Part shown: positions 39,656-51,151 of the stretch, one piece after another
Numbering within the stretch: position 1 is the stretch's first letter
Layout: each line of letters starts with the position of its first letter
Assembly: GCA_030704615.1 (NCBI GenBank)
Contig: CM060731.1
Coordinates: forward strand, 13,578,001 to 13,642,000
Direction: 5' to 3'
Length of the DNA: 64,000 nt
Source of the DNA: Takakia lepidozioides
Lineage: Eukaryota; Plantae; Bryophyta
Made by a program: the position numbers and the translations under genes
Notes under the pieces: model-generated
Databases searched by the model: none
The model's input: the letters and a program-made list of their open reading frames with translations, nothing else
Told to the model about the DNA's origin: nothing

Positions 39656-41214
39656 TCTTACCCTGGAAAACTGACAATTGGAATGACCGTACTTCCCACC
39701 TATCTACCAACCTACCACAAAAATCTGCAAGAAAGATTATTATATTTTTAGGTGCAAAAATAATTAGTCCGTGCATCATATATACCAATATATGTAATAC
39801 ATACATACCAAACTAGGCCCCAGTGCCAAAAGCAGTCCGCAGATAAGAATCCGATCCTGTCCGCTTACAGCAACTTCAGGCAAAGACCAAAATAAATGTT
39901 GGTACAAAAATTCAGGAAAAAAAAGTGTTTGCATACACAAGCTGCTTTATTGGATAGGGTAGCCTCCCTCTTGTAGTTTCTGGAGCTGTTTGTCCCTTAG
40001 GTTATGTAGATTCTTGGCACCTAGGTTACTTATGCATGCAATAATGTCATCTAGGGTATGATCGGGGTTTGTAGATATTTTAGGTTTTCTTATGGTGTGT
40101 GATTTGTGTAAAAAGTTTGGCATCTTCTTTTAGCAATATGAGCAGTGCCGTGGCTACTTTATGTTTTCTTTGCTGTTTGATTGAATTTTGTGACCGTCGT
40201 GTGTGATCCCTTTGTGTAATTTTGGGAGTATAGATTTCTAAGTAGTGCTGGTCAGTGGTGATTAGAAATCTAATCCTCATCAATCCTCACCATCTTTGGC
40301 CTCTTCTTCTACATGTTCATTTGTGGCTTCTCCTTGAGGTAGGTTTTCTTTACTAAACCCTAAACCCTGAACTTTGATGTGATCAACCTTCGCATTGTTG
40401 GCTATATTTTTGTGCTCTCTCTATCTCTGTCGCTCATGGAGTCATGCAAAGGGATTCTTCACAACCGGCGAGTCTGTTGGTTCTAAACAGTCAAACAGCA
40501 GCAAGCAAGATTTCCATGTGCCTTCTTTCTTGAAGGTGTGACCGGACATGATGTTCTTGTTCAATTTTGCAGGAAGAGAGACAGCTTTCGAACAAATCCT
40601 CAGTAAGAGATCTCATGGCTGGCTGGTTGCAAGAATTATTGTAACAGACAAGGGCTGCCTCGACTATAAAATCTTATGATACAAATGGTCTCTGGCATTG
40701 CTTGGGCATTGCTGTAATGTATGAAGAGGAGTTTGTTACAGTAGCAGCGTTGCTTGGAGCTGAGACTCAAGGTGTAGAGCATTTTTGGTGTGCATATCTT
40801 GTCGTATCCGGCACAATCGTTTTAGGGCTTTCAGGGCTACAATTTTGGTAGAAACTGCAACAATGTTGTGCAAGGATGGGGACAAACATGAGTTACAGAT
40901 GAAACCGGCGTATAGCCAGCACTTCAAGAGGATGATAAATAGTCAGGATTGTGCATGGTGCGATGCAACTGGGACAGAATGTAAAGTGAGATTCCCTCAT
41001 GCTGAATTAGATGCCGGACAGACTTGTGCACAAGGCTGCTCTATATATTTCATTTTCATCTTCAAGCTTTGAAGCTCATCAACAGAATAAGACGAGTAAT
41101 TTGAGTTCCTTCCATTATCCGCATCTGTCAAAATCCCCTTAATTCATGATTACTTGCTCGAATCATTGGCTGACTGTCCACCTATGCTCGATAGACCCCA
41201 TCGACAGCTCTTGA

Positions 41215-41870
41215 AAGGTGCATAGTTACCAAGGTCCGTGGGATCACCTTTTTTTAAATAATAAGATGGTCCGGCTATGCTTCCAAGATTGTGGCATACG
41301 ATGTAGTCGGTAACAGAGTTGAAGGAATTTAAATAGAAGAACATGGAATTGGGGGTCAAGTGCTTGAAGTATGGTATTGGGAATGAGATTTGGCCCGGGG
41401 CCTTAGCTTTGGATAGAGCTTTTAGGCAGGAGTCATATAGGTCAGTTGTGAAGAGATCAAGGATACGGTCAGTGGGGGTGCCTCTCTTTTCCAGTGAGAA
41501 ACCGTCGAGATCGTGCCATGGGTAGTGTTTGACTTTCCCTCAACAGTATGTTAAGAGCTTCACTAGCATTTTCCACTGTTTTAGAGGAGGATTACCTGAC
41601 GCAATTGAGGGTGGTGAGCTTCTTCCTGCCACTGCCGATTCTTTGAGGGAACTGAAAGGGAACGCTGGATCCTCACCTCTTATCATGAGGGAACAGGCCG
41701 CACCCTGTACTTTATGGGAGGGGTGTGGCACTGACATCACCTTTTTGGCCCGGCCTGGCTCGCCAAGAAAGGTCTGCCAGCACCTTACCCCCCATAGAGG
41801 ACAGGGCGCGGCCCATTCCCTAGTACATCATAGCCAATTTTCTAGGGGGAAATGTGGGATGAACCAAGAA
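41215..41870 (-). mobile_element. Non-LTR retrotransposon (LINE) ORF2 fragment
   Basis: Minus-strand translation across frameshifts at ~41415-41218 reads LSKAKAPGP/NLIPNTILQAL..FKFLQLCY..MPQSWKHSRTILLFKKGDPTDLGNYAP, the conserved pre-RT signature (KAPGPDG...W...ILLxKKGD...NYRP). The upper boundary is approximate. Confidence 0.75.
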
Positions 41871-41900
41871 GACACTCACACTTCACAGAAAAACATCATA

Positions 41901-44900
41901 TCACCAGTAATCCCCACAAGAACAAACCCCATCTTGGAAGTGGTGAAAGCGGTTAGCGTCCCGTACAACAATGGCCCGGCCAGCTATCTTTGAGATGAAC
42001 TTGGTGGCAGTGTGGCAGTCACCACACACCCGAAGATTCTTGATGATGCGTAGAGGCGTCCCAGGGGCCGTGCTGATCAGCCCAAAGCCAATGGCCAGCT
42101 TCTCACTGTGGTGGCAAAGAGAAAACTCCTTTTGCTCCTCCCCCACATCATGCAATACAAAGCGTGTGTCAGGCACATACCCTGCCTCCTTCATCTTTCC
42201 AGACAATCTTCTCAGCTCGGCATGGATTTCCTCAATTTTCGGATGCAATTTGTCATCTACAACAAAGGTGTGCACACTGTTGGCGACCTCAATACAACAG
42301 CGACCTGGCTCCTTTTTAACCCCTCTGACCTTCATCATTTTCCTCACCTTTGCAGTATCGTCCCACCTGCCAGCTGCGGCATAGATGTTCGATAGCAACA
42401 CATACGTCGCGGCATCCTGTTCATCCCACTTGAGAATAGATGTTGCCACACGTTCAGCCATCTCCACATTGCAATGAATTCTGCAGGCACCAAGCAAGGC
42501 CCTCCACACCTCAGCACTTGCTTTCATTGGCATTTTGTTAATGAAGACCTCTGCCTCACTCAATCGCCCCGAACGACCAAGAAGGTCCACCATGCACCCG
42601 AAGTGCTCCACTGCTGGAGTGATGCCATGATCTTGACTCAGGGAATCGAAGTAGTATCTGCCTTCATCCACTAGGCCAGCATGGCTACATGCAGAGAGGA
42701 CACATATGAAAGTGATACTGTCCAGCTTCAAGCCTTCCACTTGCATTTCTTCCAATAGTTGCAGGGCCTCCATATCACAACCATGCTGGGCATATCCTGC
42801 GATCATCGCATTCCAAGACACCAAATTTCGTTCAGCCATATTGTCGAACACTCCCTTTGCATCCTTGATGCTCCCACCTTTGGCATACATGTCCACCAGG
42901 GCAGTGTTCAGAATGACATCTGGTACAATTCCAGCTTTGACGATATCACCATGGACCTCTTTGCCCTTTTCCAGGGCTGCCAAGCTTGCACATGCATTGC
43001 AAATGCAAACAAACGTGACCTGGTCTGGGTTCACCCCTTCCTGCATCATCTGCTCATAGGTCTCCAAGGCCTCCATTCCGCACCCATGCTGGGCATATCC
43101 TGCAATCATCGTGTTCCAGGACATCACATCTCGTGCCGTCATATTGTCGAACACTCCCTTTGCATCCTTGATGCTCCCGCCTTTGGCATACATGTCCACC
43201 AGGGCAGTGTTCAGAATGACATCTGGTACAATTCCAGCTTTGATGATATCGCCATGGACCTCTTTGCCCTTTTCCAGTGCTGCCAAGCTCGCACACGCGT
43301 TGCAAACACAAACGAATGTGACCCGGTCCGGCTTCACCCCTTCCTGCATCATTTGCTCATAGGTCTCCAAACCGTCCACCCCACACCCATGCTGGGCATA
43401 TCCTGCGATCATTGTGTTCCAGGATACCACATCTCGTGCAGTCATATTGTCGAACACTCCCTTGGCATCCTCGATGCTCCCACCTTTGGCATACATGTCC
43501 ACCAGGGCATTGTTCAGAATGACATCTGGTACAATTCCAGCTTTGAAGATGTCACCATGGACCTCTTTGCCCTTTTCCAGTGCTGCCAGGCTCGCACACA
43601 CATTGCAAACACAAGCAAACGTGACCCGGTCCGGCTTCATCCCTTCCAGAATCATTTGCTCATAGGTCTCCAGAGCCTCCATCCCCCACCCATGCTGGGA
43701 ATATCCTGCGATCATCGCGTTCCAAGACACCACATTTCGTTCAGCCATATTGTCAAACACTCCCTTTGCATCTTCGATGCTTCCGCCTTTGGCATACATG
43801 TCGACCAGGGTATTGTTCAGAATGACGTCTGGTACAATTCCCGCATTGATGATGTCACCATGGACCAATTTGCCCTTTGCCACTGCTGGCAGGCTCGCAC
43901 ATGCATTGCAAACACAAACGAAAGTGATCTTGTCTGGCTTCACCCCTTCCCGCCTCATTTGCTCATAGGTCTCCAAAGCCCTCATCCCACACCCATGCTG
44001 GGCATATCCTGCGATCATCGTGTTCCAGGACACCACATCTCGTTCAGCCATACTGTCGAACACTCCCTTTGCATCTTCGATGCTTCCGCCTTTGGCATAC
44101 ATGTCCACCAGGGTATTGTTCAGAATGACATCTGGTGCAATTCCGGCTTTGATGATGTCACCATGGACCCTTTTGCCCTTTTCCAGGGCTGCCAGGCTCG
44201 CACATGCATTGCAAACGCAAACAAACGTGATGTGGTTAGGCTTCACCCCTTCCTGCATCATTTGCTCATATGTCTCCAACGCATTCTTACCACACCCATG
44301 CTTGGTAAATCCTGCCATCATTATATTCCACGTGATCAAACCTCGTTCAGGCATCTGGTTGAACACTTGGTGTGCATCCATGATGTCCCCGCATTTAACA
44401 TACATGTTGACAAGGGTGTTGTGTAGAAAAACACTTGGCTTGAATCCACTTTGGATAATGTGAGAGTGCACCTGCTTTCCAGCTTCCAGGTTTTTCATCT
44501 TGATGCACTTATGCAAGAGACAGACATAAGTATCTGAATCTGCTGGAATGCCTCCTTGGTTCAAAATACGTAGCACCTCTTTCAGTTGCCCTGCCTCACA
44601 TAGTGTCCTCACATGCCCATAAGTGCCAGATGAGATACTGTGGACTCCCTCTCTTGGTCCTCTTTTGGAAGCTGTGGTCATGGTGGAGGTGCCTGATTTT
44701 ATCAACTGTACTGCTGCTGCTGCTTCCAGTTGACCATCCACCCATACAGGTTTCTTGTAGCTATAAATCCACAGGGAATCATAGATACACTTGTGCTTGA
44801 AGTCTGCCCCTCTTGGATGAATCTGGACCTCACACTCCATCCCTGCTCCCTCAGCTATCGCTGCCTCTGCACCAATAATGCATAGATCCTCTCCTTGCTG

Positions 44901-46915
44901 GTAGCATCTGACAAAGACCCTAAATTTTTTCTAGCAAACACCCCAACCCTACTTATCACGCACTAGTTCCTATGCTGCATTGCTCCCAAGACTTTAAAAA
45001 TGTGCTGGGGAGAGAGAGAGGGGACGACAATTTTTCAAAACGGTCTGCGATGCATCTTGTTGTCGGCTTCTCTCTGTAAGTTAAGAGGCATTCACCTCTT
45101 TGCCTCCATGATCCCACCATTGACTGGGGTCCGAAAAATATTCCTTCCAAACATTCTCCTCGTCCCTGTTTTCTGCTTTTGCATAGTTGCCTGTTGCCAC
45201 ATTGGCAGTAACATGTTAAAATCCCTCCAAACCACCACAGATCCACCTGATGAGCTAACTCGCAGAATTCAACATGAAACATTCGGGACAACTCTCATAA
45301 GAGGACACAACAGGCCGAAATGTGTTGAAGAAGAAGGTGGCCTCACCACATTGTCCTTGACCTTGTGACGTGAATGCAGCTAGCTTTTCTTTCACCCAAG
45401 GAGGATTCAACCAACCATCAACCCAAAGGACCTCTTGTGTGTGCTGCTTGTGTCCATAGTCGGATGATCTCCGATTGGTCTGTAACCACCAAAGTGCAAC
45501 TGAGCAGCCATAGATTTCACCATGGCCTCCCAAGACCAAGCTGACCCGCCCAAGTACTTCGTGCACACCAGGAAAAAGAAAAAATCACGATGCTGACAGG
45601 AAGAGCCCACTTTTGCAGTACGGACAAACTTCTTCACATCATACATCAAGAAAGCCATACCTTGCCATTGCAGTTGTCCCACCATTGTGAAGGATCTTCT
45701 AAGAACTCAAGCCAGCGCTGCTTCATACTCCACGGTAGACCTTTGTGCCCGAAACTCCGAAATCATCAACACTTTGACAGGTTCCTCTATGGAGGAGTGC
45801 TAGTGCAGTTTTCAAAACATTCATGTAAGTTACTGCCATCGGACTTTACACAATGAGAAACAAAAGAACATGTCCCAACTTACACAAATGATAAACAAGA
45901 TTGTGCCTGACAAGGCTGCCCCTCTAATCAGGGTCCTTGTGAGACATACTCACTTTCATCTGCAAGCTTCGAAGGAGCTCCATCATCTACACCACAATCA
46001 GAACCGCACTCTGATATCTTTCCATCACCAGACTGTTCTCGATCTTGTTGCATGATATTTAGTTCGTCTTTCACGCAAGGAGGGTTTAACCAACCCTCCA
46101 TCCACAAGCCCTCTTGTGCACGCTGCTTATGTCTGTAGTCTGGAGATTTTGGAGTGGTCTGTGAAAGAGACCAGGGAGCAGCTGAGCAGCAATAGTCTCG
46201 ACCCTCCCAAGTACCTTGAAAACTCCAGGGAAAAGACCCTGCGCATCCTACTTTCAAGCCCTGCTTAGGAAGAACAGCGCCTACGATACTCACAGTGAAG
46301 GAGTTTTTTGCAGAGCAAAAGTGATATTCTAACTTACTAGGGGTATAATCACAAAATTATCATACCAGAGTTCAGTCAAACTCCCTCAGACTCCTCCACA
46401 TCCTACATGAAGAAAGCTCACCTTGTCAGCACTGCAGTCCCACCGTTGTGTAGGATCTTTAAAGAACTCCTGCCAGTGCTGTTCCATGCTCCCACGTTGA
46501 CCTACGTGCCAGACATAGCAATTGTCGGCCTTCTCTAACCATCCCGCGTGCTTTCTTTGCCTAGAGTACATTCGTGTCCCTGAATTGCTCAAAGACAATT
46601 CAAAGCCTGGATGCTACCACAGCTAACCTAGAAGGAAACCGCAAAGTGTTTTGTGTTCTCACCTAGATTCAATGGCATCCCTGAAGGTTGGCGAGGCGCC
46701 ACAGCAACCACATGCAAGGGACGCCGTCCACTGGGCACTGTAAGGTGGGTTGACACTTTCAGCTCCACAGCCCATCCCCTCCATCCGCTGCATGACGCGA
46801 GGCCTCTCGCATGACCGAAACAAGAGGGCCGGCCCTTGGGTACGGAGTCGGCCTGTGCGGGGGTGAGAACGCAGGAAGACGATGCCATCCCTGCCAGTGA
46901 GTTAGAAAGAGTCAT
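41901..46915 (-). CDS. PLS-class PPR-E1-E2-DYW RNA-editing factor with a transit-peptide-like leader and three OSB-type PDF motifs (7-exon model, 1281 aa)
   Basis: Final exon 44822-41901 has 20 PLS motifs, E1/E2, a PG box, HSEKLA, RVCGDCH and terminal DYW. Phase-consistent upstream exons: 46915-46663, 46579-46422, 46158-45954, 45740-45661 (weak AAG acceptor), 45479-45347 and 45190-45096; total 3846 nt. The PPR-DYW part is near-certain; the upstream model is inferred. Confidence 0.85.
42700..44330 (-). repeat. 303-bp tandem repeat encoding near-identical P-L-S triplets
   Basis: 101-aa units recur. Shadow antisense ORFs start at 43111, 43414 and 44020 (spacing 303 and 606). Confidence 0.95.
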
Positions 46916-49900
46916 CCCCGATGCAAGAACCGATTGCAGCAGCAGGCTCCTCTATACATGGCAAACGATCATCCAGCTTCCAGCATCACGCATGCTTGTG
47001 AACCGTCATTCACTGCTGCATTTGCTAAGTCTGTTTCCTGCCGTCTCCCTCTCTCTCTATCTCTCTCACAGTCCCTCAAACGTCGCCAAAAGAAAATGAC
47101 TGTCACTAATCATATCTTAATCACCAATATCGTCACTAATCTAGCCACTAATCTAACTTGCTAGTGCTAGCTTACTGCCAGTGCCCCTCTGCAGTTTTTG
47201 GCTCTTGGGGAAAGACCCACAAGGCGGGAATGCAAGCGCCCTCCTTGTTGTGGAGGGCTCATTACAACAAAGGTGACAGACATACTGATGTGATCTCTTT
47301 GGAGCTGTGGAGAGCCACTCTCTTCAGTCACACTGGGGGATCACTAATGGGGTTCATAAAGTAGTGACAAGTGAATCAGGCTGGTGATCTCGGAATGAGC
47401 ACCTCCTGTTCCGGTGATTTGAATGAGAGACTGGACTGAACCTGCGTTCTTCTCGACAATTTGAGAACCTGGTGCATATGCACCACAGTCTTCGAATGGG
47501 TGGAGAGAGCAGACGCTTGTAGGAAAAAGTGGCAAATGTGCAGTCTGAGGGTGGAGATTTATGTTGTAAGTTCACATGATATTGATAAAATCCCCCGTGA
47601 ACCAAAGGATAAAGTAGGATCAATTCTATGTATGCAACCAGGCCAGTTTTTTTGGCGCAATCACTGACAGTGAATTTGATCTCAGCATTACTTGTTAAAT
47701 GTTGATCAATGATATTTAAGATCTATAATCAGAAGATGGACATTACGTAGTAGGGCAGATGCCCCCAGGGCAGCGCAGTCACGGTCTTGGGTTCTGTTGT
47801 ACCGGGGGGGGGACAGACATACAGGTGTTCCTTCTTGGGGTGTAGAATCAGACGAGGGACTCATTTAAGTGTGGAGGGAGCTTTTGAATTGCAACAATAG
47901 CAACTCCTAGGCATTACAAACCCCAGAATTAGCTTCTCCAATCACCCAATGGAAGAACCAAGTCCCTGCAATTCAGTTGTGCTGCCAAGGTTACATTGTC
48001 TCGCCTTTATCGGACGGGTGTGTCAGGTGGATAGGAAGCAGGTCAGCACCATCACTGCCAACTATCCTATACAAACTGTAAGAATCCTCTATCAGTATTC
48101 TTAATGTGATATTTGCCACTTGTGAAAGACGAAGTGTTACTTAGCTTTTGTAATTGGTGGCCGAATGCGGAATCAACTTACATGCTATGCAATTCTTTCA
48201 ACAATTGTGGGGTGTTGGAAATGATCATTGAATCTGACCAATATCTTTCCTCCCTCAAGTTTATGGTACGACATTCAAGAAGTGTTGTCTTCCCTGAGAG
48301 AAAAGCATTATTGTAATTGTGGAGCTACAGTGCTTTGCTAACTCGCACTCTGTGTGTTTATGTTTTGTCATAGCCCTCTCCATCCCATTCTCTCACTCTT
48401 TCATGTATAACTTGTGGAGAGAAGAGCCTATGAGGTTTTGTTTCGAGAGTGTACCAGAGCTTCTATGATAGGGGGGTTCAAGGTGAATGGGTAAACAACA
48501 GACTGCTGACACAGGCAAAGAACTTCAAGAAGGTTGATGCTTCCTGTCTTTAATATTGCCACTGCCCTGACAGGGAGTCGTCAAATTTATTCATTGATGA
48601 ACGGAGCCAGTGTCCCTATGCAGGAACAATTTGGACAGTCTCTTTGGGTGGGATTTGTTTGTTATTGAGGAAATGAACTAAAGGGTTCTACGTGATCTCC
48701 AGAAGGCCAGGCATATTTTCTTCACTGCTTACTGTCCACTTTGTATGTCCTAGCAAAATGCTTCCATGATGCTCACTGTTGGTCAAGGAGGTGGGGAGGG
48801 GATTTAGTGATCAAAAGTCAACTGTGGTTGTTGCAGGCTCTTATGATGGTTACCATGTTCTAAAACCACATGATGGGCAGAGAATGTCCTAATAAGACGT
48901 TTGCCGTAGCCTTGTGGCCATAGACCCCTCTCCCAGTTTGGGCGGAACAATGATGGGTGGAGAGAGAGAGATGTATATATATATAATTGTTTTCGGCAGC
49001 CCTGTGCCCATATACCCCACGCCCAGTTTGGGAAGAAAGAGAGGAACAAAGAAGGAAATTTTTTTATCCACAGGAGAGAGAGCAGGTGATGCACCCAGAT
49101 CATTCATTAGTAGCCATGTATCACTGTCATACAATTATTCAGTGCCTACGTGGTGCACATGATATTTGTAAAGTAGAGTTTGCTTGCAAGTGCATGCATG
49201 CTTGGCTGGCCTCTGTTACATTGGTGGTATGGGGGAGGTCTGCAGATGTAAACCTGGACTAGCGCTTTTATGTAACCGCACCTTCCAAGGAGAATGAGGG
49301 TAAGTTTTCACTTGAATTTTCTTTTATACAATTTGACCTGCTAGTTCCATTCATCTTTTCAGTCATTGGTATGTAAACTGCAGGTATTCCAATGGATGAA
49401 AGATTTAGCTTGTATGGACAAGCATGATACTTGAGCCAAACTGCATCATTCATCTGGTATATTGTTTGTGATGGCACTCGATCGTTGCTTGATGCGAGAG
49501 TCCTGTTGCAGTTTGGATCATGTGGTGCAGTCCTAAAATCCCATTGCGAAGACTAGTACCCCCTGGGACTAGGGACTTAGGATCCACCCTAGCTAGCACT
49601 TGCAGAGAATGGTCAAGGTTCTCTCTTGCTCCAATGTGGTCCATCGCTTTGGACTTATTCCTGATGCTGGTTGGCAGAAACTTCTGGAATTGCATGGGAA
49701 GATTCACAGATGTGCAGACATACTGGCAGTTGGGTTGAGCTCATTTAGAGTGACACTAGGTGAGCTGCATAAGAGATGCAAGCCATCCCTTGCAGAAAAT
49801 AGTGTTGGAATTCATTTGGGATTGACCGCAGCTGTATAAATTGGTCAAGCCTTGATTAGAATGCAAGAATTTCATCAGACCTAGACACATACTCCAGTCT

Positions 49901-51151
49901 TGTGTGCACAATTGATTCCAATTTGAAAGACTTGGGCAAAGGAACACTCTTAATAAGGAGGTCAAGCAACTCAGTGTCCTTGACCTCATAAATACAACAT
50001 TTCCCTACTCCTCCCCTGTATTTATATCAATGCATGAGGGTGGGGCGCTTGATAAGGCATCGGCAAAAGCTTGGGCAAACCCTCTGTTAACTACCCCTGA
50101 GTTGAGGGATGCTCCCATGTGAAGGTTTACCCTGAGAAACATCCTCACAGGATATCACTCATCTGGAGTTGGTCAAAGTGGGGTTGGTTGGTGTGGACAC
50201 AGCCCTCACCACTCTTGCCATGGCAGGCAAGTTTGGATCTAGCATTTCTGACCAGGATAATCCCATGTGAGATGGACTTGTCAGGGAAGTTGCTAATTAC
50301 AGAACATAGTCTCCACATTGAAACTGGTTTTGGTCTTTCATGGCCAAAGGCCCTTTGTCAACAAACATTGTTCCCAATGGGTACACAGACAGGTTTTAGA
50401 TAAAGAGATGACTTCCAAGAGACATCCTGCTTCCCCAAACTGAATTGGTCCTAAAGGAGATTTTGACACAGAAAAGATCCTTGGAAAAAAGAAAAAAAAG
50501 GAAAAAAGAAAGTTCAGAAGAGACCCACCTATGGCTATAGGTGTATAGCCATTGTTGTTGCGTCCTTCACTGCTGGTGTGTGCGCCTTTTGGTTTTGCCC
50601 AAAAGTTTTAGTTTTTTCCCTCAAATCATCCCGAATAAAGTTTCATCCAGGGCCTCTGTCCCCTTAGTGTTCACTTTTAAAAAACTCACAAAAGGAATGA
50701 GCCGAAGAACCAAAACTATGGAAAATATATATATATATCAATTTTTCAATGCAGAATGAGAAGCATCCTTTCATCCATCCATCAGCTCTTCATTGGGTCA
50801 CATGTTCCAAAACACATACCTAGACTCTTATGAAACACCACAAAGTGCATACAAGTGCATACATCACAAAACAACAGGTTCACCAATACCTACATATCAT
50901 GGAACAACAACAAACATAATTTATGTACCTTCTAACCTGGCTGTGAAAGGTCGGTGAGGGAGGTGAGACGCCAAGTCTTGAGGGCCGCCTAACGCTTACG
51001 ACGGAGTGGCTCAAAGTGTCAAATCGTGTGGGCCTATAGCTTACAGTTGTTGCTCCACTCTCGTTCTTTCACTCGCACAAATTAATCTCGAAGTCTCCTC
51101 TGTTCGCAAAAATTCTCCAACAATATAGTATCATCCCGTCACTTCTACCGC

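Noticed and set aside
41901-42300. U-to-C (KP-type) editing domain
   Set aside because: It has a PG box, HSE catalytic motif and DYW terminus, which are canonical C-to-U features.
42759-44426. 555-aa plus-strand ORF and shorter plus ORFs over the PPR gene
   Set aside because: Antisense shadow of the repetitive PLS array, with no independent domain signal.
44823-44840. ATG at 44840 as the true start of the PPR-DYW protein
   Set aside because: It gives no targeting peptide and begins with half a PDF motif directly after a CAG acceptor, so it is better explained as intron sequence.
47800-50460. Coding-like degenerate sequence upstream of the PPR gene
   Set aside because: Frequent stops and no motif that could be assigned to a family.
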